Positions 11,701 through 19,783 of a stretch of DNA of 64,000 nucleotides are shown one piece after another. The translations under genes and the position numbers were made by a program. The DNA lies in assembly GCA_963845185.1 (NCBI GenBank), contig CAWJRG010000009.1:64001-128000 (forward strand). The letters are read 5' to 3'. The notes under the pieces are model-generated. The model ran no database searches. It saw nothing but the letters and a program-made list of their open reading frames with translations, and was not told the origin of the DNA. Every line of letters begins with the position of its first letter. The stretch's first letter is position 1. This stretch comes from an uncultured bacterium. GTDB lineage: Bacteria; Oederibacteriota; PGYV01; CAWJRG01.

Positions 11701-14700
11701 AATTATAATGTCTATAGCGATGCAACCGAAACTTATGTGGAATATGACGAGAATGGTAATTATTTAGACCAAGGAAACGCCGTCATAGTTACAGAAAAAC
11801 CAACTAACTGGACACTACCATGCGGCGGGGGAAACTGGATTTCAACTAATAACCAAGGTTCAACTGGCACAAGCGACACAAGCGGGAATAGGTTGGATTT
11901 TTCAAAAACTATTTCAATAGCACCTGGAATATATAATGCGTATATTTTAATGGCAGGCGATGATAATTTTAATATGACTATTAATGCTCCTTCCTATACT
12001 TTCTCTGATGTCGCGTATTGCGACGGTGAGCCCAACTGTGCCCCTGGCATGGGCGGATCATGTTATTGCAGTTGTGAGTATTTTACAGCTAATGGCGTTC
12101 CTGGCGGGACAATTAATATAGAAACCGAGGCTATCGATGTATATGGCTCTGATTACGGGGAGTCGTATTCAATTTGTTTCCAATTGGTGGCTACAGTGAC
12201 GATAACTCCGACATCCACAATATCGCCGACAATAACGCAGACTTATACAATAACGCCGACTTTTACGATTACAGGCACATTTACTCCAACTGCGACATCG
12301 ACCGATACGCCGACTACAACGCCTACATACAGCCCGACATGGACAGGGACATGGACGCCCACGAATACGCCGACGAGAACACCGACATGGACGCCGACAA
12401 ATACGCCGACTTCAAGCCCGACATTTACACTGACCTCGACGTACACATACACGGTGACGGATACATACACATTTACTTACACGGATACAAGCACGTATAC
12501 AGACACGCCAACATATACGATAACGCCTACGTATACAATTACTGTAACATTTACCAGGACAGCAACGCCGACATGGACACCGACAAATACGCCAACTTCA
12601 AGCCCGACAATCACAAAGACATCTACATATACGTACACGGTAACAGATACTTACACGTTTACTTATACGGATACAGCTACGTATACAGTGACGCCGACAT
12701 ATACGAAAACGCCTACCTGGACACCGACAATAACTGTAACGTCTACAAATTCACCGACATATACGAATTCACCGACAATTACAGATACAAGGACAGATAC
12801 GATGACACCGACACGCACCTACACCATAACCGACACTTATACATTTACGTATACCGTGACGCGTACAGATACGCCAACCTGGACGCCGACCATTTCGCCG
12901 ACACGTACAATAACAAAAACTTTCACGAACACGCCGGTAGTTTCAAGGACATGGACTGGGACAAGCACGCCAACGTATACAATCACGAGGACATCGACAG
13001 TTACATATACCATAACCGACACTTACACATTTACCTTTACCGTGACGCGCACAAACACGCAGACAATAACGCCGACTATAACAAAGACAAATACCAATAC
13101 ACCGACAAAGACAATATCGGCGACGTACACAAACTCACCGACGCTAACAGTTTCGTACACCATGACAGATACATATACATATACTTATACGGCAACACCA
13201 ACCAGAACACAGACGCCGACAAATACAATAACAATGACAATTACTGTTTCGCCTACGCCTACAATATCGCCGACAATAGCGATAAACCTTGTAATAATCA
13301 GTATAACAGTATCGCCGGCAAGCGCGGCAAGCGGGCAGGATATAACAGTAGTGATGCTGGTGCAGAATATAGGACAAAATACCGCGGATAACGTAGTACC
13401 GTCCAGGTTGTCGCTGTCCGGAGAAGGAAAGGCTGTACTGGTAAGCGGGCCAAGCCCTGCAAGCACGATAATAGCGGGAGGAGGCGCGCAGGCATCGTTC
13501 ACATGGGTGTATGCTATTGTAATATGCAACAATATGACATTCAGCGGGACAGTAAGCGGCACTGACGCGGTGGACGGAGCTGGCATGACAAGTGCGCCGG
13601 CAACAAGCAACGAATTCACATGCGCAACACCGACAATATCAGCCACATATACGCCGACAGCGACAAAGACCAGTGTCCCACCATGTTTGCAATATGAACT
13701 AAGTATGTACGGTACTACAACTGGGGACTCGTTTTTGATTGATTCAAGTAACAGGATAGTGATAACAGGGGGAATATCTACAGGAGGATTTGCAATTGAA
13801 AGGTTGTTTTTAAATGGTTCGCATGATACGAGTTTTGCAAACGCTGGTTATTACAATATATCATCGGGAACACTCATGAAGAGTCACGTGGCAATAGACT
13901 CAACCGGTGAAATAATAATTGCAACAGGCGCATGGTGGCAAAATGGTTTGGCAAATACCGGGGCAGCAATGCAGATATGGAAAATAAAAAGCAATGGCAG
14001 CGGCCAGGATTGGAATGTGTCGGTAAACGGATTGGCAGGAACCGGTTTGGACAATGGCACCACATGTGGCAATGGAATTGCCATAGACAGTTCAAACAAT
14101 ATTATTGTAGCGGGATGTCATTATAACGCTTCAGGAAACTGGGATGCTGTCGTATGGAGATTCCTGCCTAATGGCACGCTTGATACAACAAATTTTGGAG
14201 GAGGCAATGGCTATGTTGTTTTGGACAATATTGCGGGGACAGGGAGTAATGATTACGGCTGGGATGTGAAAATTGATTTAAATGGAAACATTGTTCTGAC
14301 GGGGATAAGTCAAAGTCAGGATTACACAACAACAGAAATGTTTACTGCCAGACTTCATTATGACGGAACAAAAGACAATACTTTTAGCGGAGGTCTTATT
14401 ACATCTCTTGTAGGTTCTGGTTCTGGTGGATATGCATTAACTATAACTGCGGATAATAGCGTAGTAGTTACAGGAGCAACAGGAGGTTTTAGTACTTTCG
14501 GTGTAGGCGGAGGCATGGCGGTATGGAAAATAAATAACGACGGTTCACCCAATACAAGTTTTAACGGCGGTTATAATACTTATAATCCAGGAAACCATAT
14601 GTACACTGGAAACTCTGTTGTTTTAGATAATTGCGGAAAAGTACTGATTGCAGGATTAGAGTCGGGTGTAGGGAACAATTCCTCTCAAGATATGGTAATA

Positions 14701-16377
14701 TGGAGATATAATTCTAACGGTAGCCCGGATAATACCTTTAATGGAGGAACAAATATTTATAACTTAAACGCCGGGGCAATGCCTGGCTATTGCATAAAAT
14801 ATGTTTCATCATCCGGAGAAATATTAGTATCAGGGAACACAGTTGCAGGTGTTGAATTGTGGAAATATGAAGATTTATGCGCGTGCAACGTTGACACACC
14901 AACTATTACACCAACACCAACATTTACTCCTGCATGTGTACCTACATGGCAGTATGTAGGAACAGAGGGTTTCTCGTCCGGCAGCGTGGAATTTACTTCA
15001 ATGGCCATGTACGGCATAACTCCATATATGGCATATATGGATTCCGGTGATAGTTCATATGCAAGTGTAATGCAATACTCATCAGGTGGAGGTTGGAGTT
15101 ATGTGGGAGGAAGTCGTGGAATTTCAGGGGTACCTGCACTTTACGAATCATTAGCTGTTGATAGCGCTACTGGAAATTTATATCTTGCCTTCGCAAATCC
15201 AGCGCAATCATGGGCATTGACAGTTATGGAATGTGTATCAGGAGTATGGAGTACATTAGTTTCTACCAGCTGTCAAGTCGGCACAACAACTCCTGATTGC
15301 ATCTCTGTATTTGTATACAACAGCATTCCTTATGTCGCATTCCAGAATATCAGTTCAAATGGTAATAAGGCCAAAGTAATAGAATATAATTCATCTGGAC
15401 CGTCATGGACGAATTTAGGCTATGCTTCTTCTGCAGAGGCGGATTATTTATCTTTAAATGTTGTAAATGTTGGCGGAACAGGAGTGCCTTATCTTGCATA
15501 TAAAGATAAAAGTATCTCAAATAACGGGCTCACTGTAATGGAATATTCGGGAACCCCAACTCCAAGCTGGAATAACGTCGGTGGAACAGGTGTATCGAGC
15601 GGACAGGCAAATTATATCTCAATGGATGTTATTGTGAATCCTTCAGGAACACCGGTACCGTATGTGTCATTCAGCAATCAAACAAGTGGAATCGGGGAAG
15701 TTATGGAATATAATAATTCAAGTTGGGGCATAGTGGGCAATAACCCATTTGCAACATCGACAAGTATTGGTTACACATCGTTGTTCGTCTATAACAATAT
15801 TCCTTATGTGGCTTATGAAGACAGCTCTCATAGCGGTAAAATGACTGTTATTAATTATACTGGAGGGACAAGCTGGAACACACTAGGAAGCCAGGATTTT
15901 ACTTCCGGTGATGCTCAATCAATAACGCTGCAAATAGACAGCAATGGAGTGCCTTATGTAGGATATGAGGATGGCGGTGATTCTAATTACGCATCTGTAA
16001 TGACCTTTTCATGTTCAGGAATGGCCGGAAAGGAAAATTATACTGGGCTTTTATCAAAACCAATACCTACCTCGACAGTAGTATACGAAAGTCTTGATGC
16101 AAAAAATGTATATTGTTTTCCAAACCCGAGCAAAGGCGAGACGACTATAAGGTTTCCCCTTGCAGAACCTTCAGACGTAAAATTAATTATTATGGATATA
16201 AACGGTAAAAGGGTATGGACGCATGATTTAAGCTCCAGCGAGACGCTAGCCGGAATAAATAAAATAATCTGGAACGGTGTTAATGATTCGGGTTTGCAGG
16301 TATCAAACGGAGTTTATTTGTTTGTGATTGAAGCAGGTAATAAAAGAGTTGAGAAAAAAATAGCAATTATAAAATAA
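8740..16377 (+). CDS. Giant secreted Thr-rich multidomain protein (LamG-like, NHL repeats, Cys-rich beta domain, Ig-like, delta-60-like repeats, PYVAY propeller) with FlgD/T9SS type A-like C-terminal domain
   Basis: Signal peptide; FSIEWWMY..AVTYDG..FTGYLADI; repeated PxGIAVDxxGxVYVADxxNNR; RFLPNGTLDTTNF-type repeats; tail NVYCFPNP..IMDINGKRV..WNG..VSNGVYLFVI..KKIAIIK; long (Thr-X)n linkers. Confidence 0.85.
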   Translation: MKKILFAMVFLPITFYAFGQNLTYTNTNGMWEWDSNVIGYYQLGTSSMIETVNGYNASVVGTLSYYTSGPNVPPNAWTSGSCTSSGNFGDYIMWQSAVNFVYGPSSTQPFSIEWWMYLVPEWTEGTDAQTIYATSDWIGNNAGYNFIMDWQNTTYQARYWYWNFIGQWSDISTSDETTWEDWAVTYDGQGNVNIYKNCNFVRTLPVSSAENVFYEMYSNDPNEFVMWLDYSQGTERPFTGYLADIIVSNVARVCVSPIPVTPTFTATNTSTYTPTFTVTNTPTDTMTPTYTNTTTYTPTWTPTYTVTPTNTPLPTICIASPVPTPCFISIWGSGGIDNGLFGSPWGLAVNSSGDVFVADYTNDLVDELGPSGNIMNQWNGNIAGSGNGPFSGPAGISFDSLGDVYVVDSDNNRVEEFNSTFTTLIAQWNGSTSGSEFNFPLGVAVDSNGMYVADYENNRIVEFNSTGGYAGQWNGSETGSGPLDGPAAVAVNSVGDVYVVDSGNNRIVEFNLGGAYIAQWDYAGPGNEMFNYPLGIAIDGSGNMYVADTDNNSIEEFNSAGCYTAQWSTGANTSPWGIAVDNSGDVYISDADNAIIEKFGPCATFTNTPTNTFTCTPTGTATLTLTGTPTATPTGTITETNTPTNTPTATATWTPTNTPTSTQTYTNTLTSSPTYTNTPTSTPTNTPTSTQTYTDTPTWTVTKTSTSTPTYTDTPTATPTYSPTYTPTWTRTNTLTTSPTWTPTNTNTLTWNPTNTRTSSFTNTVTPTWTTTNTPTSTNTPTYTFTPTNTRTQTNTLTNTPLPTNTFPPTFTNTVTGTITPTYTNSPTYTITPSSTNTGTSTFTPTNTPNYTHTITPTNSPTYTNTPTGTRTPTYTYSPTITKTSTNSPTGTRTPTYTTSPTITVSPTNTPTGTRTSTYTYSPTVTKTSTWTPTGTRTPTYTISPTITMTPTITLTGTITYTYTNTLTFTITLTVTLTFTVTPTIECNYNVYSDATETYVEYDENGNYLDQGNAVIVTEKPTNWTLPCGGGNWISTNNQGSTGTSDTSGNRLDFSKTISIAPGIYNAYILMAGDDNFNMTINAPSYTFSDVAYCDGEPNCAPGMGGSCYCSCEYFTANGVPGGTINIETEAIDVYGSDYGESYSICFQLVATVTITPTSTISPTITQTYTITPTFTITGTFTPTATSTDTPTTTPTYSPTWTGTWTPTNTPTRTPTWTPTNTPTSSPTFTLTSTYTYTVTDTYTFTYTDTSTYTDTPTYTITPTYTITVTFTRTATPTWTPTNTPTSSPTITKTSTYTYTVTDTYTFTYTDTATYTVTPTYTKTPTWTPTITVTSTNSPTYTNSPTITDTRTDTMTPTRTYTITDTYTFTYTVTRTDTPTWTPTISPTRTITKTFTNTPVVSRTWTGTSTPTYTITRTSTVTYTITDTYTFTFTVTRTNTQTITPTITKTNTNTPTKTISATYTNSPTLTVSYTMTDTYTYTYTATPTRTQTPTNTITMTITVSPTPTISPTIAINLVIISITVSPASAASGQDITVVMLVQNIGQNTADNVVPSRLSLSGEGKAVLVSGPSPASTIIAGGGAQASFTWVYAIVICNNMTFSGTVSGTDAVDGAGMTSAPATSNEFTCATPTISATYTPTATKTSVPPCLQYELSMYGTTTGDSFLIDSSNRIVITGGISTGGFAIERLFLNGSHDTSFANAGYYNISSGTLMKSHVAIDSTGEIIIATGAWWQNGLANTGAAMQIWKIKSNGSGQDWNVSVNGLAGTGLDNGTTCGNGIAIDSSNNIIVAGCHYNASGNWDAVVWRFLPNGTLDTTNFGGGNGYVVLDNIAGTGSNDYGWDVKIDLNGNIVLTGISQSQDYTTTEMFTARLHYDGTKDNTFSGGLITSLVGSGSGGYALTITADNSVVVTGATGGFSTFGVGGGMAVWKINNDGSPNTSFNGGYNTYNPGNHMYTGNSVVLDNCGKVLIAGLESGVGNNSSQDMVIWRYNSNGSPDNTFNGGTNIYNLNAGAMPGYCIKYVSSSGEILVSGNTVAGVELWKYEDLCACNVDTPTITPTPTFTPACVPTWQYVGTEGFSSGSVEFTSMAMYGITPYMAYMDSGDSSYASVMQYSSGGGWSYVGGSRGISGVPALYESLAVDSATGNLYLAFANPAQSWALTVMECVSGVWSTLVSTSCQVGTTTPDCISVFVYNSIPYVAFQNISSNGNKAKVIEYNSSGPSWTNLGYASSAEADYLSLNVVNVGGTGVPYLAYKDKSISNNGLTVMEYSGTPTPSWNNVGGTGVSSGQANYISMDVIVNPSGTPVPYVSFSNQTSGIGEVMEYNNSSWGIVGNNPFATSTSIGYTSLFVYNNIPYVAYEDSSHSGKMTVINYTGGTSWNTLGSQDFTSGDAQSITLQIDSNGVPYVGYEDGGDSNYASVMTFSCSGMAGKENYTGLLSKPIPTSTVVYESLDAKNVYCFPNPSKGETTIRFPLAEPSDVKLIIMDINGKRVWTHDLSSSETLAGINKIIWNGVNDSGLQVSNGVYLFVIEAGNKRVEKKIAIIK

Positions 16378-16422
16378 GAATTTGTTTGTAGATAAGGGAT
16401 CAATTAACAATTATAATAATTA

Positions 16423-16454
16423 TTAATGAAAAAAATGTTCCTTTATGTTAAATT
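16423..16454 (+). promoter_or_regulatory. Conserved 32-bp motif upstream of DUF2723 gene 1 (extended -10-like TG-T-TAAATT)
   Basis: TTAATG-A-rich..ATGTTAAATT with identical spacing at 22457-22488 and 35989-36020. Confidence 0.55.
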
Positions 16455-16491
16455 ATTAATGCAAAGAATTTTATTAACATAAGAGGAAAAA

Positions 16492-18828
16492 ATGCTGAAA
16501 AAATACAAAGACCTAATATTGTTGTTAATCTGTCTTATTGCTATATTCCAATTATATCTTTACACTACATTTCCAGCCTTCAAAAATGACGATTCTCCTG
16601 AAACAACTACCAGCGCATTTACCCTTGGAATAAGCCGCCCGCCTGGTTATCCTCTGTTTACGATGCTTGGAAAGACATTTTCGTTATTACCTTTAGCTTC
16701 CCCGGCGTTCAGAATAAATTCATTGTCAATTTTTATATCAGTTATCATTTTATATTTAACTTATTTCTTAATTCGACGTAATATGAGTTTTATTTTTAAT
16801 TATGAAAAAAAACTGATAAATATATTTTCAGTCTTTGTGACGGCTTTTTCTTACATATATTGGAATCTGGCAATCGAAGCAAAAGGTGGAATATATATGC
16901 TTAATCTTTTGTTTCTGGCAATACTTCTTTATTTAAGTATCGAACTTTTTAAAACGTTTAACATTAAACAGATGTATTTAATGTCGTTTATATATGGCCT
17001 TTCACTTGCAAATCATTGGCCAAGTACCATAATACTTTTACCTGTTTTTGCCTATTTTTATGTAAAATATCGGCAAAAACTAACATTCAACAGAATGTTT
17101 AGTATTTCATTATTTTCGATACTGGGAATAAGTCCGTATATTTATTTGCCAATAAGAAGCAATGCCGATGGTATTTTTATTTTCATAACAAGATCAAACA
17201 CATGGGAAATGTTCTGGTGGACTGTTTTAAGGGGAGTTTATACTAATTTTCAGATGCAAACAATGGCGCCTTATATAGACCAGATAAAAGAATTTGTAAC
17301 TTTATTTTTAAACAATTTTACATTTATTTGGATTTTATTTTTATTTGGAGCTTATATAATATTCAAAAAAAACAAAAAACTTCTTTTTTTTTATTTTGCC
17401 GCTTTTTTAATAATTGTTTTTATGGTTGTGATTTATAACCGCAGTTCCAAAGAAAACTTGTGGGTACTTGAAAATTTTCTGTTACCGGCTGAATATCTTT
17501 TGATAATTCCAATAACAGCAGGAGTTTATTTTATTATTGAAATTTTGAAAAACAAAAAATTTTCTTTATTATTTATTTCTTTGTTTGTTTGTGCAATTCT
17601 AAATTTAGGGTTTAGATCTTTAAAAGCCAATTACCAAAGATATAACTATTTATCCTATGACTTTGGAAATAATGAACTAGTTACAATGGAAAAAGACAGT
17701 ATTTACATTCCTTTTAGTGATTTCTACGGCATGCCTCTTAGTTATTTGCAGATGGTGGAACATAAAACTGATGATTTTAACATATACATGCTATATAATT
17801 TATCAAATCAAGGAATTGCAAAAAAATTTGGCAGGGATTATTTAAAAAATGATAAAATTGAAATAAATATTGAGGATTTGACAGAAAGATATTATGGAAA
17901 AAGCAATGTTTATTTTTCAGATTACCGCAAAGAACTGATAAAAAATCCTGATAAAAATGTAACCTTAAAAATAAAAGGATTATTATTTAAAATTGCCAAT
18001 ATAAACGACTATATACCCCCGTGGATATTTAAAAATTATGCATATAGAGGCATATTTAATGTCAATAATGATTATGACAAAACGCTTATCTCGAAGTACA
18101 GCAGCCAACTTAATAATCAAGGTTATGATTTACTTATGATAAAAAAGTATGATAAAGCCATTGAAACATTCAAGTATGCATTGCTTTTTCCAGACAACCC
18201 ATATAAAATTAATACTTATTTTAATTTATTTACTGTTTATAAAGAGCTAAATGATGAAGATAATGAGATAAAATGCCTTAAATCAATGGTCAAGATAAAA
18301 CAGGATTATTTTAAAGCGTATGAAATTTTAGGCATGATCTATTATAATGAAAAACTTTGGATTCCTGCAAAAGTAATGTTTGAAAAAGCAGTGCAATATG
18401 ACAGTGAAAATAGCGTTACGTTTCAACAATATGTAAATCAAATAGGTGATGCAAATACATATTCACAATATAAAGTGCTATCCGACCAGGCTGCTGCATT
18501 TGTGACTTCTGGCAGGTATTTAAAAGCACTTGATTTATTCGAATTTTTACTTGAGCAAAATTACGCAACGGGTGAAGTATATAAAAATATGGGGATATGT
18601 AATTTAAAAATCAATAATTTTGAAGAATCATTAAAGTATTTTCAGAAAGCATTGGAAATGGATAAAAGTGTCGAAAATTTTATCAATATCGCTAATACAT
18701 ATAATAAACTAGGACAATCGGATAAAGCATTAAATACCTTAAGAGAAGAAATGCAAACCGTTGGCAATGACCCTCAACTGGTGAATTTATATAATCAAAT
18801 TGAACAAACGAAAAATAAAACAAAATAG
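16492..18828 (+). CDS. DUF2723/TMEM260-like GT-C membrane glycosyltransferase with C-terminal TPRs, copy 1
   Basis: DDSPE..LGISRPPGYPL, AIEAKGGIY, GLSLANHW, YIYLPIRS; multiple TMs; TPR tail. Confidence 0.85.
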   Translation: MLKKYKDLILLLICLIAIFQLYLYTTFPAFKNDDSPETTTSAFTLGISRPPGYPLFTMLGKTFSLLPLASPAFRINSLSIFISVIILYLTYFLIRRNMSFIFNYEKKLINIFSVFVTAFSYIYWNLAIEAKGGIYMLNLLFLAILLYLSIELFKTFNIKQMYLMSFIYGLSLANHWPSTIILLPVFAYFYVKYRQKLTFNRMFSISLFSILGISPYIYLPIRSNADGIFIFITRSNTWEMFWWTVLRGVYTNFQMQTMAPYIDQIKEFVTLFLNNFTFIWILFLFGAYIIFKKNKKLLFFYFAAFLIIVFMVVIYNRSSKENLWVLENFLLPAEYLLIIPITAGVYFIIEILKNKKFSLLFISLFVCAILNLGFRSLKANYQRYNYLSYDFGNNELVTMEKDSIYIPFSDFYGMPLSYLQMVEHKTDDFNIYMLYNLSNQGIAKKFGRDYLKNDKIEINIEDLTERYYGKSNVYFSDYRKELIKNPDKNVTLKIKGLLFKIANINDYIPPWIFKNYAYRGIFNVNNDYDKTLISKYSSQLNNQGYDLLMIKKYDKAIETFKYALLFPDNPYKINTYFNLFTVYKELNDEDNEIKCLKSMVKIKQDYFKAYEILGMIYYNEKLWIPAKVMFEKAVQYDSENSVTFQQYVNQIGDANTYSQYKVLSDQAAAFVTSGRYLKALDLFEFLLEQNYATGEVYKNMGICNLKINNFEESLKYFQKALEMDKSVENFINIANTYNKLGQSDKALNTLREEMQTVGNDPQLVNLYNQIEQTKNKTK

Positions 18829-18840
18829 TAGGTAATCTAG

Positions 18841-19269
18841 TTATTTCTTCACATTAGCCGTATTTGAAGTTCCGTTCGTATTACTTTCAAGCTGCTTTAC
18901 CCACGCGTTATATTCAGGCTCGACTTCTTTCAAACGTTCCCTTGCTTTTTTCACCCACTCACTTTCCGGAGGAGTAAACAAATCAACGACAGTCTTGTAA
19001 GCTACATAAGCGTTTTTGAGGGAATTGTCGTCCATAAGGAACTCATATTCAAGTTCGGTTATTTTCTTTTTATCAAGTTCGTCTTTGTAATAAGCCGCTT
19101 TTGCGTCGGGATTCTTGTAAAAATTAAGGAATTTCTCGCCTTCCAGATATTCATGCTTTGCCCTTCTCATAACATCTAAATCAGCCAATGCGAAAAATAT
19201 TATTAATGTAATTACTACCAATCCGGCTATAAAAAGATATTCCTTGTTCTTTTCCTTGTTTTCAAACAT
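18841..19269 (-). CDS. Hypothetical single-TM protein with a TPR-like helical domain; paralog of 38443-38877
   Basis: TAAGGAGG RBS before ATG at 19269; near-identical protein at 38443-38877. Confidence 0.8.
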   Translation of the reverse strand: MFENKEKNKEYLFIAGLVVITLIIFFALADLDVMRRAKHEYLEGEKFLNFYKNPDAKAAYYKDELDKKKITELEYEFLMDDNSLKNAYVAYKTVVDLFTPPESEWVKKARERLKEVEPEYNAWVKQLESNTNGTSNTANVKK

Positions 19270-19285
19270 GATTTCGGCCTCCTTA

Positions 19286-19380
19286 GAGCCCGTTGATTTT
19301 GCCAAGCGTCAACAGTGAAGGCAAAATTTTACGGGGTCTTATACCCGCTCAAGTCCGGTTTCTATACGGACAAGCGGTAT
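19286..19380 (-). repeat. Two-hairpin intergenic repeat element, copy B
   Basis: Runs from the stop codon of the 19380-19604 gene to the RBS of the 18841-19269 gene; closely similar to 48442-48541. Confidence 0.85.
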
Positions 19381-19604
19381 TACTCGTCCCAGCCTATCAA
19401 TATACCGACAGCAACAAGTATGTACCCGCCTATTATAAGTATCGGCGATACGGCTCCTACCCAGTTAGACGCATCTGCGTTTACTTTGGTCAGGATATAG
19501 TACCCAAGTACCAGAATAGCTATGGCCACGCCTATGACATAAAGGCCGTTTTTGTTTTTGCCTGCAACTTTTTGCTGGTTTTCTACCGGCTTATTTTCTT
19601 CCAT
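19380..19604 (-). CDS. Small two-TM membrane protein (DUF3098-like)
   Basis: TAGGAGG RBS; two hydrophobic helices with the SPILIIGGY motif; family assignment from memory only. Confidence 0.6.
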   Translation of the reverse strand: MEENKPVENQQKVAGKNKNGLYVIGVAIAILVLGYYILTKVNADASNWVGAVSPILIIGGYILVAVGILIGWDE

Positions 19605-19617
19605 TGTAACCTCCTAA

Positions 19618-19714
19618 GAGTCCGTTGATTTTATTGAGTGCCTACAGCGAAAATAAAAACTTACGGAATCTTATACCCGCTCTAGTCCAGACAGCAGGTC
19701 AGGACAAGTGGTAT
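19618..19714 (-). repeat. Two-hairpin intergenic repeat element, copy C
   Basis: ATACCACTTGTCC..GGACTAGAGCGGGTATAAG-ATTCCGTAA..AAAATCAACGGACTC directly before the RBS of the 19604 start. Confidence 0.85.
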
Positions 19715-19730
19715 ATTATTTTATGAGCAA

Positions 19731-19759
19731 ATTATAAGATGAAACTTATAATCTGTCAA
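19731..19759 (-). promoter_or_regulatory. Sigma70-type promoter for the minus-strand small genes
   Basis: TTGACA-17 nt-TATAAT on the minus strand; homologous promoter at 38910-38938. Confidence 0.75.
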
Positions 19760-19783
19760 CAGCTCGAAAGACGTTTGAAAAAA

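Noticed and set aside
10550..13280. Ice-nucleation or antifreeze protein call from TxT motifs
   Set aside because: Lacks the regular AGYGST 16-mer or Cys-spaced TCT repeats; frequent Pro
10425..13391. Long alternative-frame ORFs (388 aa and 405 aa D/K/Y/H-rich; Val/Gly-rich antisense)
   Set aside because: By-products of ACN-codon repeats that lack stops in shifted frames; no RBS or domain signal
19286..19714. Integron attC interpretation of the hairpin elements
   Set aside because: No clear RYYYAAC/GTTRRRY ends, no integron integrase, and copies also sit in a housekeeping operon
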